A stretch of DNA of 64,000 nucleotides from Takakia lepidozioides (Eukaryota > Plantae > Bryophyta), in contig CM060732.1 of the NCBI GenBank assembly GCA_030704615.1, positions 74,028,001 through 74,092,000 on the forward strand, in the 5' to 3' direction. Of the stretch, positions 48,501 through 62,000 are shown piece after piece. The notes beneath the pieces were generated by a model. That model did not search any database, was not told the DNA's origin, and saw only the letters and a list, made by a program, of their open reading frames with translations. The first letter of the stretch is position 1; every line of letters starts with the position of its first letter. Both the position numbers and the translations under genes were made by a program.

Positions 48501-51500
48501 GCCACCTTAAGTGCGTTGTGAAGGAAGACTTGGGGTGCAAGGCCCCTAGGTATATCCCTGGGCACGAACAATATGGCCAGGTAAGCCTGTCGTTACACCA
48601 GTAGAAATGCTCCGGTGTGTCTGCTGACGAGGGTCGTTCACACCAAACCCGTTCGTCTATCCACCCTTTCTTGATGGCTTTCCATTGAGCTAAGCGATCG
48701 ATGTACGCTCTATTATAAGTTGAATTTCTGGTTCATGTTGCCAGAATCTGCTTCGAATCCTCTTGATCCTAGCCTCAAAAGTCATACCCACATTAGAAAT
48801 TCATGTGGCAAATTCTTATCACTCCAAAGCATGATGTGGATGACGTTTTAGATTTCAAGCATTGCATTGATTGTGCCAATTGGCGAACATGGTTAAACGA
48901 AATGGAAAGCATAAATGCAACTGCGAGTTCTTCCCCGATCGCTGGAGGCAGCTTTACCTATTCTGCTGCTGGCAAGTCCTCGTCTATTCCCATAGGTGAC
49001 CCTGGTACTGAGGTCCAAGGAGAGCTGCTAACGAAAGAAATAGCATGCACTATCTTTAAGGGGATGATAGGGAGGAAACTGGTGGGGATTTCCCGTGCAA
49101 AGTAAAATGGCGGTGGCTGCTCTGGGTCCGCAATGACGCCTTGAGGAGCTGCTGAAGGAGGACCTTCAATCCAAGTAATATCATGTATGGTCGGCGCCAC
49201 GTCCAATTGGCCGTCAGTGATTAATTCAATGATCAATGCTGCTGCACTTTCACTGCGGCTGTTGTAAAATCTGGGTGGACAGATATAGGTGATGGTAGTA
49301 TTCGGGTGAGGCAGGCGTTCCTCTACCTCCAGATAGTCTTCTAATCCACACCCAAACAACCAACACATCCAATCAAAAGGAAGGTCAATAAAGCTCTTCT
49401 TGGTTAGATAAGAGATAGCTTCTCCAGACCTCCGGATAGTGGGACGGGGACGATGAAAATCAATTCCCTCGTCAGCAATGGTTTGACATAGAGGGCAACA
49501 CCCTAAATACGCCACTTGCTAGGCGAGATGTGCTTCAAGCGAGGATTGCACGTCGAGGTTCCCTAAGAAGGGGGGTTGGCAACATCTGGGGCCAACGCGT
49601 ATTGAATCTGAAAAAGGAAGAGATGGGAGAGGTAAGAGCCCTGTCTCCCAACGGCCCTACTTTGGCCGAAATCCAGTACCAACGGCGATGTCCAAGATAC
49701 ATCTGCGCATTAACTTGCAGACCACAATGGCATCTTCTGTCCGCACTTCGCCGGATCGGGTGCCTGAAACGACACGATATAGGCCCACAACGCGAGCCTC
49801 AAATGACAAGTGGAAATGATGGGCTGCCATCTGGTCGGTGATCATGCTGCACCTCCAGGATTGCCATAACGTTAGTCCTCACAATGACTTGTCTCAAAAT
49901 TCTCATGCAAGAGATTCTAATCAATATGATCATGGGGTTCCTCGACCTCCACGTAATGAAGTAACTTCATGAATAAGCAATAAAGCAAAAAGTAAGAAAG
50001 AACTAGCACAAGGACAAATATCATTACTTCATCCATAAGTACTTTGAGAGGCCCTGACTTTCACCTACCTCCCGGCAAACGCACCAAAATATGACGAGCC
50101 CTGGTCGCGTGCGGCCAGGGTGACGACATATTAGCCTAGGGGGGCGTGGCAAGTTGTGGTTGGGCTCAACAAACCGCCTACCCGGCTGTGGTAAGTGCAG
50201 GGGTCTGTGGCTGCTATCTCATGTGAGGGCCAGGATGAATGAAATCTGCCGCCCAACAGTTTCTCATCTGCTCGCCATCCTGGTGTGTAAACAATGATTA
50301 AACATTCAGTGGGTCCCAGGGTCCATTCCCTGCGCCTCTTCCACCTACTTCCAATATAATCTGATTAATTTATGCAGGCAACTAGCCTAGAACGAAGTTG
50401 AAACATGTCATCTTCTACCTTGTGAAACCCCAGCAGTGATTCTCTCCTCCCTATTCTTTGGACTTTCTCTCTCTGCCTGTGGCATCTACTCGTGAGTCGT
50501 GCTTTTCGCAAACCCCGGAATACATATCAAACTGATGGCCTCGCTGGGGCCTATCCAATGGTTCCAACCATTTTTTTATCATTTGCTAAAACACGCCCTC
50601 ATTCTATGCAAGAAGAATACCATGAATAGTGCACAAGAAATCAAAGGCAAAGGGAGAAAACCCCCCTTAAAATACCCGTTCTAGGGACCAACAGTCCCTG
50701 GCGGGGTTTGTCGAAATGCCCAGCGGTTAAAACTGATACCCCGTGGCTAGCGCTATGTGGCGCGGCGTGGCTGGCCCGCCGCCGGCGTGGTTCCAGCGGG
50801 TAATAGGCAGGCTCCGTCGTCTCTGCCACTCGTGTCGTACCTGTGCGGGCCCAGTTATGGCGCCTGGTGCTGCCACGCAGTGCCCCAGTGAGCGTACTTT
50901 GCTCCAGGGGTCAACTCCCCCCACGGGAGAAGGCCACGCCACCCGTGTTAGATGCGCCATTCCATGGTGATTCTAGGCAACCTCTTTGGTTGACCTCCAA
51001 CCCAAAGGCGCCTAAGGCGTCAGCACTTAAGTGCTGGGATCTGCCCTTTTTGGCAGCCCTCTACAAAATAGCTTAACCACTTATAAGTTAGTTAGCAACG
51101 CCTCTCATGGTCCTCTATGGCCATGGGGCTTATGAATCATAGATATGATCTTAATAATATGAAAATTTTGGCGATAGCTTTGCCGTCTCATGCAATATGG
51201 CCGTCGCCACTAAGCTAGAAAGGGAAATTTGACAAGAGCTTCGCCACTTCATGCAAGCTCACCATCTCCTTAAACATAATAATGGAAATTTACCCTCACT
51301 TCCATGATGTAATTGGTATGTTCTTAAGGCCCTGTCTCCTGGGGCTTCACACTGTGCTCTTCACACATGTACATAGAGATGCACACACATCCTCTTGAAA
51401 AATGGTTAGTTTTTATAGATTTCTAGCAAACAATGCTTATAAGGTCCTTTCCTTGGACAAAGCTTGAACAGCAAATGAAATGAATGAATTCAAAGGTCAA

Positions 51501-52191
51501 GAATGTATGGTAAGTCACCCTCTGAAACAAGTGGTGTTTGGGATGCACTAAATCGCTCGGTAGAATAGTACTCAAGCTTGGTCCTCCTCCGGCACTCCTA
51601 CTCGTCCTCAAGTCTCCCACTTCATGGAGCGTTTCCTCTACTTTCTTGCCTCAAATGGCCACAAGATGTTGAGCTAGGACTATCCTGCTCTCAATATGCT
51701 TGCTTCTAATACTAGAGAGCCAAAAGCTCAACTCTCTAGGAACTAGCTCCCTCAAGCTCAAAACTAACTACACAAGCAAGAGGCCAAAACAAGGAAATGA
51801 GACTAGATTGGAGAACAAGAGGAGCCTGCTCTTCTTTTATTGTGTTTTTGGGGCCTCTTAAACTAGTGAAGGATAGTCTTAAACTATTATTTCCTATATG
51901 AATCTATAATTTAAAAACGATAGAACACCATAGAATAATAATCACGGATGAAAAACCTTGGTGTTAATGATAAATCTGGTTTTCAGGATCAAGAGACACA
52001 CTCCCAAGCCTGGATAGCATATCTTTGACACCAGGTTACAGAGAAGACTGGCTAGAGAAGCCGTCCGTGATCATTTGCTAGGGAAAAACCCAGCCTTGAG
52101 TCCAGAGTCAGACTCAGAAACTAGAAGTTTGGGAAAGATAGTGTGGGAATGAGAGAACACTGAAAGTTCTTCGGACATCGAGTGTTCACGA

Positions 52192-53524
52192 GTGGTTTCC
52201 CCTATATCTAGTCCCCCTTATACCCCACCGGCCAAGTCAAGGAGTCCCTCGCCGTCATCAGTGCCAATCATGGCACATATTCCAGGACCTCCTGAGGTAC
52301 CCATTGTGGTTCCAGCAGGTTTACCCCTGCTCACATTGCCCAGGCATTTGCCTTGGTTCTCCGGGGAAGCACATGAAAATCCAGAATATCATGTGAAAAG
52401 CTTCATTCAATGTTGCTACTCTAACCAAGCTTAAATGATGCCTATTGGCTGATATGGTTTCCCACAACCATGAGGGGAAGAGCATCTACTTGGTATTAGC
52501 AACAGGCTCTAGGTATATTTATTACTTGGCAGCAGATTCGGGACGCATTTCTCGATCATTTTCGGGCAGTCCACCAGTTCACCAGTGTCTTGATGGCACT
52601 GGCAAGGATTCGCCAAGGCTCCACAGAGGAGGTAGCAGACTTCGAGATACGACTCAGGGAGCTAATGCGATTCCTAAACCCTTTGACCCCCTAGATGATG
52701 GGGTATTCAAAGATTGTTTTTTGAGTGGATTATGAGAGGCCACTCACTTTCATGTTTTGCAGCAAAGACCTGCAACGTTGGTAGATGCCATACAAGTGGG
52801 CAAGGAATTCGACAACATGCATCGCCAAGTACAACGAGCTAAGATGCCCAACTTTGTTCTACCATCGTACATTTCAATTGAGCCCGCGCAGGAGCCGGCA
52901 CCATTAGCGGTAATCCAGCCCGCGCTGCATTACACGCCATCTTATGTAGGAGGAGTGAGACCCTACGCCCCAGCAGCGTCCCCGACACCCGTAGTACCGC
53001 CAACGGTGCCGCAATACACGAATGCTGTTCCTACCAACTCACAGGCAGATTCAAGCGGGCAATCCGATTTGCGAGTGGGCCATCTAGAGGCACAAGTCAC
53101 TTCTCTCATCAAGACCATTGAAACAATGGGCGACCGCATGAGCTCAATTGGTCAGCAGATTACCAGCTATGTGGGGTACCGAGATGCGCCCCCAGTTGGA
53201 GAGTCCGGCCCCAACCCGGCCAAGGTATGGTGTTCCAATTGCAACAACTCAGGACATGCATCTCAACACTGTCCTTATCCCATTCGGGAAAGGCAGGTAA
53301 GCCGGAACCCAACTTATCAAGATAAACCAAAAACGCAATTCAATCAATCCCGTAGAGGATGTCAGTGCGGAAGAACCACTCACCCAACTGAAAATTGTTG
53401 GAGTGACATTGTGTGTTTGCACTGTGGCCAACGAGGTCACCCCTTGGACAAATGTCCTCATAGACAAGTGGACCAGCCTACGCCGGCCACCATTCAACAA
53501 GTAGAGAGGAATTTGGAAGGGTAG
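52192..53524 (+). mobile_element. Degenerate Ty3/gypsy gag with three zinc knuckles, truncated by the CACTA insertion at 53577
   Basis: LPWFSGEAHENPEYHVKSF, FPTTMRGRASTWY, CSNCNNSGHASQHC, CLHCGQRGHPLDKC. Confidence 0.8.
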
Positions 53525-53576
53525 CGAGCACCCTTCCCGAATCAGTATACCACTGAACCACCCAACCCTCTACCAC

Positions 53577-56500
53577 CACTACAGCAAATGGGGGGGTTTG
53601 CGACGCCACCCGCGCCCCCACGCCCCGAGCGTGTGACGCCAACCCGCGGAGCGTGTTTGCGACGTCGGGCCGTCGCAGCCAAACCCCGCGGGTCGCCACC
53701 CTGGCGCCGGGGCCAGGCGGCGACGCCTGGCCGTCGCACGGGCGGATGAAAGGCAAAAGGCAGCCCTTCCGTGCGACGCCCAAGCGTCGCCCCCCAGCAA
53801 AGGGCAGAAGGCAGCCCTTTCTGGCGACGGGCCGGTCGTCGCACGCCGAAAAAAAAAACCCTTTCTTGCCCTTTCTTTCATCGCAGCCCTTTCTTGCGAT
53901 GTCAGGCTGTCGCATGGTGGCATAAAAGGGCAAAAGGCCCCTGCAACGGCCGGGCGTCACAAACTGCCCAGCTGCCCTATTCTTGCAAAATAAAAAAACA
54001 GGTCATAGTTTGCGACGGCTGGCCATTGCCGTTTGCGACCCTAGGCCTCATAAATCCATTCAAAAAATAGGTCGCAGTTGGCGACGGTTGGCCGTCGCCG
54101 TTTGCGTCCCCCGGCCTCATAAATCCTAAAAACCACGTTGCAGGTGGCGACGCGTGGGGGTCGCAGGCAGCAACGACATGACTTTTTAGGGCCTTTGGGG
54201 ATTCTTAGTTTTTTTTTTTTTTTTTCATATGGTACTGGGGTAGGATGTTTGTTTTTCTTTATGGTTTAGCTTGTTGTTGTGGATCTTCTTGTAGATTGTG
54301 ACATTCATTTTGATAATTCTCTTGATACCACATCTGTATGTGTTGCTCCAACATATACATTGCCTCTGCCTTCTTTCTTGAAAGACTACCAGCCACAACC
54401 ATATTTGATCAATCATAGAAATAAAGTACAATATGCATGTACATGTACAATCAATCGAAGGGATGGGTCCAGTTCGGTGCGAGAATTGTTATATAGCTTT
54501 GATTTTGTGTCTAATCAACTTGAACATCATCATCCAGAGCTTCTTCATCCTCGTGAAGCTGCAAGTCTTCTTAGTCATTGGAGTCATCGTCATAAATGGC
54601 CCGGCCCTCAAAAGGCACCTCCGAATCATCTTCCACCTCGTTGTCAATGGCCGTGTCTTCGTCTCCTTCTCCAACATCCGTATCTTCTAGAGCTTCATCA
54701 GCTGTTGAGGAGCTGGACCTCACCGAGTTTTGTGAGCCCTTGAGAGTTGCACTTGCAGGTGTGTATGGTTCTCTCTCTCTCTCTCTAGGGTCCAGGATGC
54801 ATTGTCCGGGGCGTCATCATCCTCTTCTACCCCCTCTACCCATCCTCTATCATCAGCATCATTATGACCAGTCTCTCTGTCCACCGCAATTGCCTCACCC
54901 CATGGAGATCCGAGACCATGATAGATACGTCTTCCTCCTGGCTGAGCATGCACAACCACCTTCCAATTCCCCCCTCTTGTTTTGTCATCGGAGAAGAAAA
55001 CTTGCTCCATGTCTGAAGGCCGTGAAAAAGGCTCATCGGAGGGACGATGAGTAGGGTTGAGCCTATCTGCATTGACGCGCATGAAACCACAGTCATCTTG
55101 CACTAGTGTTGAGGAGGGCCCCACAAGATGTGGCTGGAACCACCTTCCCTTGAAGAGAAGAGGCCGGTACCTTGTATACTGAAGTTGGAGTATGCTCTCA
55201 AGCTCCAAGTTTGCTCATAGCAGGTCATGTATCTCCCTTGCCCCACAGAGTCTTGCCAATATGTGGCACAGAAGCCATAATCAAAGGTTGTTTTGCGCTT
55301 CATGTCAAGAGCACGAATGCGGAAATGACGACCGTGAACCCAAACCGCCGTGTATGAGGTCACGAATTGAGAGGGGCCCTTGCAATGTCTTGCACCAAAT
55401 CTGAAACCACTCTCCTTGAGCAACGACGTCATAAACTGAAGTCCGAAGCCACTGTTGGAATGAACTTAGAGGCTGCAATTCCATGGGCAAATTTTGTGAA
55501 TGAACATTCCGGCGGTCCGCTCCTCGTCGTGGGCGTCTAGTAACCAGCCTTGGATGGTTCCACCTCCATGCAAGCGTCTCCTCCTTTCTTTGCTAAACAA
55601 GATTATTGTATCTTGCCTCTCACTCATGTATGGATGGGGTGTTCTTCAGTATGAAGTCATGCTTGCTCAATACACCAGGTCGGCAATTTACCTTCTTCGA
55701 TTTTTTGGCAAAACGATGTCCTTGGTTCGTGCATCCTCCTCTTCCTTCCACATCCGAGGGGCTTCCTCATCCACCCTTGCCATGTACTCCGTGAATAGAA
55801 CATAGCTTCTTGCAACGTATACCCCTCCGCCATACTACCCTCCGGTGCACCCATTTGTCTTACAAATCCTTTCAAGTCTTCATATAACGCTCAAAAAAGT
55901 ACATCCACCGAAAATGAACGGGGCCGGCAATCGAAGCCTCTTCCACTAAGTGCACTACCAAGTGCACTTGGATGTCAAAGAAGGAGGGAGGAAGATGCAT
56001 CTTCAACATACACATTACCTCCGCCGCCGCCTTCTCCATACGTGGAAAATCTGCTTCTTCCAACTCTTTGGAGCAAATCCACTGGAACAAGCCTCTCAAT
56101 CTATAGATTGTCTCACGAACCTCGGGAGTCAATGTCCCACGTACTGCAATGGGCGAGATGTCTTGCAATAGTTTGTGGTAGTCATGAGACTTCAAACCAT
56201 GGACCCCGTCTTCTTCGCTGAACTTCGTACGAAGGGATGACCATAACCAGTTGGTGTTCGGACAGCACTTATGGTGGCTATCACTTTATTGTATTCCTCC
56301 TTTGTCCATTGCCAAGGTGCGCGCCTATACTTCCACCGTACAACACCCTTTGGGTCCACACCATTTTGTTCGACCCATAGATGGCGCATGCGACCTTGCT
56401 CCTCAAGCTCCTTTCTATCACCGAGAGAATCTCCTTTTGCAGCCACTCCCTTCTTTGCCGACGTGCCATGAAGAACCCGAAAAAGGGACGAGCGGACATT

Positions 56501-57347
56501 CTTCTTAATATGCATGGGATCTCTTATGGCGAATCTTCAGGTCCTACATATATCCCCACCCCCAAAGACTTACACACAATTTCTTACGTGAAAAGTGACA
56601 ATGCAACGCATACCAAATGTGCAATATCACATGCATGCATAGGGATATTGACGGTGTTTTTGTGGAATATGCACCGCCCAATATGGCAACTCGTAGAAGA
56701 TTGAAAGTCGTTTTATGCTGGGCACGTCCACTTCACTGTCCGTGCCCGCATGGGCCTCCTTCCATCAGTCCTCCCAAAACTGCCCGGACGGTGTCATAGG
56801 GGGGGGACGTACTTCCTCTTTGCCATCAAACAAGTGTTTCTCTCTTCTTCTCCATCGATGGTTCATAGGAAGAAATTGCGGTAGTTGGGATACACCATCT
56901 TGTGAAGATGGCGGGAGCTATGTGTATCAAGATCATCGCCACAATGCAAGCATGCATGGTCTCTTTGTGCTTAGCCCCGAGCAAACAGTTAGTCCTGTAC
57001 TACACATCCGCCACCATTAGCAAAACAAAAAGTTGTCATGTGCATGGCCCATAAATGCCATCTACCCCACTACGGTGCACAAGACTGTTGCCGCTACTTC
57101 AATCAATCCCAATCCTCATTGATATTATCCGGCATTGACAAGTGAATGTACGCGGGTTATTCATGGGGAACATAATATACCTGGATAATCATGCATTGTC
57201 CAAAGCAAGATGCCTCTCATCTGAAAAGATTGTCCGGCCATAGGGTCAAGTGAAGCATCCAATGCCGGGACCCCCCTCCATAGCTCCTTAAGTTCATCAA
57301 CAAGAGGTCACAAGTACGTGTCCATATTTGCCACTTGTTTTTTCCCT
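53577..57347 (-). mobile_element. CACTA element end plus fragmented TnpD transposase (c.54720-57347)
   Basis: CACTACAGCAAA terminus at 53577 and dense (T/G)GCGACG/CGTCGC subterminal repeats to ~54180. Peptides MDTYL.PLVDELKELWRGV, LLWTMHDYP, MHIKKNV, KSHDYHKLLQ, PPSFFDIQVHLVVHL, GPVHFRWMYFFERYMK, PEGSMAEGY. Confidence 0.9.
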
Positions 57348-57707
57348 ATGAGACATTCACATCATTGTTTCCATGCTCCACCAATATGCAAATTATACTA
57401 CAAATTGAATTACACGTCTTACTCCATGATTATGTCACTCATCAATCAGGGGCTGCTATTTCATGAGCGGCATGAGCATGAGCGGGAAAAAAAAAAACAT
57501 GAGCGGGCCGAATTGTGTCCACGGAAAGGGTTAGGAGGCACGGAAAATAGGGTCATGTGGACTCGTCATAGCAATGAAATGCAACATTTTATTGCAAATT
57601 TGGTGGCAAGCCACATCTATACAAGTGTGTCCTAACTGTCATAGCAGGAATGGGACTACTCTCCTACACCTTCCGAGGAACTTGGCCCTCCTTCTTCCTC
57701 ATCCCCC

Positions 57708-59088
57708 TCATCCCCCCATCCCCCCATCCTCCGAGCTCTGTGATGCATCAGTTGCAGTATGCCTCTCAAAAATGCCGTCCTCTCCTTGGGGGACTGTCCA
57801 CCTCACCTCCTGGGAATCTTCTGCCTCTTCTCCCCCACTTTCCTCAGCAGAATCCAACACAAATCTACGAGCCCGACGGGCTCTAATAGCTGCTGCCTCC
57901 TCCCTCATCTTCATTTTCTTGAGGCTTGCTCGTCTTAAATCTGCTGTAAACGACTAGGTTCGGAACACCTCCTAATGGACACCGAAGCAAGCCGGGCAGC
58001 ATAAGTAGGAAGGATGTAGTCCCTTTCTGGACTAGGCATGAAATCCCCCCTGGCAAAAAAAGGCACGTTCTTCCTACCCATGAACTCCGGTGTAGACGTC
58101 CCTCCTGCCGTACTTGGCATCCTACAGTAAGAACAAATCCACTTCAAGAATGTCAATACCAGCAGAAGCAGAAAGGGTAATAAGAGAGCGAAGGGAGGTG
58201 CCTCACGAAATCTGGAGGCAACTTACAATGCGACCACTCACTCGTACACCAGGGGCTCCTCGGCCTCGATCCCAACTTGTTCCTCCCCCTGCTCCTTCTC
58301 GGATTTTTCCTCATCCTCCGAGGATGCCTCTTCCTCTTTCGGCAGACGTTCAGCCGCTGCAAGTTCCGAGTTGTGGAGGGCAGTATCCGGCTCGAAGGCG
58401 AACACATGCCTGTCGGACAACGTCCCTGCCCACATTGAAGCACCTGAGGAACAAAGCGGGCGGTTAATAGCTTGCGGCATGCAATTGCAATCAGGCCAGG
58501 GGACAACTGAGCACGTGAAGGCTTACCCGTGCCGCATGTGAAGTCCAGAATCCGCCCTTGGACATCCGAGCACGTCTCCATGAGGGTTTGGATGAAAGCA
58601 GGCTCCGGGTCCGGCTTAACCGCCACGGTTTGCCTGTCTTTGTGTCCTTCGGCATACTGGAGTGGGGCACATAGTTGTAGAGGACATCGTAGGTAACAGG
58701 TCCACAGCGCATCAACAAGACGACCGTCGTTGCAGAATTTGAACGTAGACCGTCTCTTCACAAAGCAATATGCCTCAAACACCAATGTCTGTACATCCAA
58801 CAAAATAGGGATCAACTCCGGGATCTTGTTTTAGATACACCACAATATGAGGTGAATGCAATAGATTGATAATTTACACTTTGGCCCTCTGTTCGCAACC
58901 CGTGTATTGATGCAGAACCATTTTTTGAGGAGGACCGGGGTGACACTTTTCGGTGTCCCCACCGCATTCTCTGTGGTCTTCCCTCTTGTGGCAAGGACAA
59001 CCACATCCACCGTCATCTAGAGCATCCCCGCCAGCCCAAACCTGGCTTGTTAGAGGACTGTAGGGGACTTAGACACTTATACGGGATC
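57708..59088 (-). pseudogene. Second amino-DNA-methyltransferase-like gene, frameshifted, 5' end cut off by the LTR at 59089. Exons c.59088-58878, 58788-58527, 58443-58238, plus an acidic tail.
   Basis: LLKKWFCINT, cag|TLVFEAYCF, YDVLYNY...GKPWR, EPAFIQTLMETCS...RILDFTCGTG|ASMWAG...RHVFAFEPD. Colinear with the 1873-2979 gene, with matching intron positions. Confidence 0.7.
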
Positions 59089-62000
59089 TGTAGGGTACCC
59101 TTAATTTTTGCACAGACTGAGACCAACAGGAGCCTTAGGGGTGACAGCAGCGCACTGTAGAGGGGGGTTACACAGTCAACACAGCCCGTCACAGTCACAG
59201 CCCACACAGCCAACACAGCCCGTCACAGTCGTCACAGCCCACACACAGTCGACACAGCGCCACAGTCGCACACAGCAGGCCACAGCACAGCCACAGCCCA
59301 CACAGCCCGCACAGCCACACAGCCAGCACAGCCCGACACAGCCAAACACACCAGTACACAGCTGTCACATAATAGGGAACGACTGTGGGGAACAACACCT
59401 GTGAAGGGAACATGTTAGTTCACAGACGACGGTTAGAGAGGGAAACGGTTAGAACCGCGGATAGGAGGATAAAGGGAGAAAGGGGGAAAAGAGGATCATC
59501 ATTATTCGGAGGAGGACTTCTTAGTCAGGTGGGAGCGGAGATCGAGGAAAAAGGGAGAGCACGGTGAAGGAGGAAAGAGGATTAGTAGATGCTTGTTATA
59601 TGCAAAGCTGTAGTGATATTGTAGAGCAGATTAGAGACATAATGGCTTCGGCCTGATACCTGATAAATCATAATCTGATACTTACACGATACAATCACAC
59701 TGTGTAGAGAGATCTGAGTGAAGCTGTGGATTGAATGGATGAGTGAAGGAAACCGATAGATTGATGAAGCAAACTGATACTTAATTATCAATGGTAAGGT
59801 AGCTAAGATGAATGCGAAAAGGGAAACAAATAGGAAACACCCCCATGATACACTAGCTGTAGGTCATGACTGATTGTTCTGCGCGGGCTGAGTACTTAGA
59901 GATTTCCAACTCTTCTATCTTGGAGTTTCCGCCTCGGATAGCGAAGGGATGGGTGAGTAAAAGCCGCGCGACATTTGGCGACCATACTGGGGACCTGGGA
60001 CATGAACAACCAGATGTGACAGGCATCTGGTGGGATCATGGTGGTTGGACCATTAAAGAATTTGAAGTGAATCAAATTCCCTGTGGAACGAAGGAAGAAA
60101 GATTGTCCAAACAATTCTTTCAAAGGTTCTTGGAATTGCCAGACGGTTGTAAAGAAAATATTCTTAAACGAGTGCATGATGCTGATCCAGAATGGGGTCT
60201 GGAGAAAGGAGTGATAAAGATTTATCAGGTAGCCTGTAGAGGAAGAGCACGTTGGTTACCAACATTGGTTTATGTGATAGCATTGCTATCCATTAAACGA
60301 GTAGAGTTGAAGGCTGGGAAGAAAGAAAGGTGAATGTTTATACTCATATGCATGAAGAGCTTGTACTGGTAAAGAATTGGATTCCAAAGGATATTTTGTG
60401 GATCAAACTCACACCAAGAACAGCTTTTCAGACTTGTTTGCCATATGGTTATATGGTAACGGAGACTTCAAGTATAGCCAAGGGTGCATTGAAGCTTGAA
60501 AGAAACCCAGGCATATACGAGAGATATTACAGAAGAGAGTTTTGGTTATTGCCACATTAAAAAGAAATGAAAGACATGGGACATGAGTGATGAAAGAGAA
60601 GCTAGACGACAGAGATATTCAGCAAAAAGAGAAAGCTATCTGAAAGCTAATTATCCATATCTTTGGGAGAGAGGAATAGACATAGGGAATCATCTGGACC
60701 TCTCACACCATCAAGATCAAAGAGTGCATCACCTATACCGGAAGAACTAGAGTTGGATGCCACTCCTTCTGTTTCTTTGCAAGAAAGATTAAGGGAATTG
60801 GTACAGGAAGAAGATCAATCACGAGGTGAAAGATCTGAGGTACATCCTTGGATAAAAGACTTGACAGAAATCTTTGATAAGAGTTGGCATGGAACACCAA
60901 AAGCAGGAACTCCAGTTTTCTGAAGCAGAAGATGAAGAAGGAGAAGAGGATGTGGCAGAGCCAACGGAGAGTTCAGACTCTCCAACACCATTACAGTTGA
61001 GTTACATGAGTGAAGAAGAAACCCAAGGGCAGAACTTGGAGGATGAAAACAGAGAGAAGAAATTAGAAGAGGAAGAATATGAAGAAGTAGACCCAACAGC
61101 TGAGGTTGAGACTACAACCAGGACATCCCAACCCGTTGGACCTGGATCAAGTGGAGCACTTGGATCACAGGCCAACGAAGGTGTCGGCTCAGGGGGATCA
61201 GGCGGGCTGCCTGGATCTGGCTCTGGGGGGACAGGGAGTGTGGGAAGTAGTGCAACTGAAGCTGGGAATACTGTGAATATCGTGGGGCCAGAAGCAAGGA
61301 GTGCTCAAGGGCCACCACTTGGTGGAAGATCCACCACAAAAACAACAGGTCCAGAAGGACCAGCACCAGCAAGGGTGCCAGCACCTGTCAGTGGGCAGAA
61401 GGTAGGGCCACAGATGGCGTTACAACCAACACGGGCAAAACCACCCTTTCCAATATATTCAGGAAAAGGGGATCCCGATGTACACATTAGCCAATTTGAG
61501 CACATGTGTATAGTGAACAATGATGATGATGATGTTTCCTTGTTCACTTATCAAGAAAGCAAGTGAATGGTATGCAAGATTCCCTGATAATCATTTCCTA
61601 ACCTGGAATGGCTTGAATACAGCATTTCGAAATAGTTCAGGACAAGTAAAACTGAGGATGAAGTGTATGGAAGTTTACAACAGCTGAAGCAGAAGAAGCA
61701 TGAAACTGTTGAAGAGTATATGGAGAAGATGGAATTGATGATGAAAAAGCTGGCTGCAGTACCAGCGCCCGGTTTACAGAAGACTTGGTTTGTGAGTGGA
61801 TTAAGACCAGAGTTGCAAAAGAAAGTGGATATGTTACCCCATAATACAGTGGAGGAGGCATTTGAAACTGCGAACAGAATTGAGCAATTGGGAATGCTCA
61901 GGAGAGAGAAAAAAGAAGATGAGACTCTGAGGATGAGTCAGATGAAGAAGAAGAGCAAGAACTAAAAAGAAGAGTAAGAGAAAGGAAAAGTTGAAGAGGG

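Noticed and set aside
53590-54180. GC-rich ORFs and repeated GCGACG words as a gene or novel array
   Set aside because: Explained as CACTA subterminal repeats next to the TIR at 53577.
59080-59088. ATC CCG TAT (IPY) at the LTR junction as a remnant (D)IPY motif IV of MTase copy 2
   Set aside because: Spacing to the next motif is shorter than in copy 1 and the preceding codon is lost to the insertion; it cannot be supported from this window.
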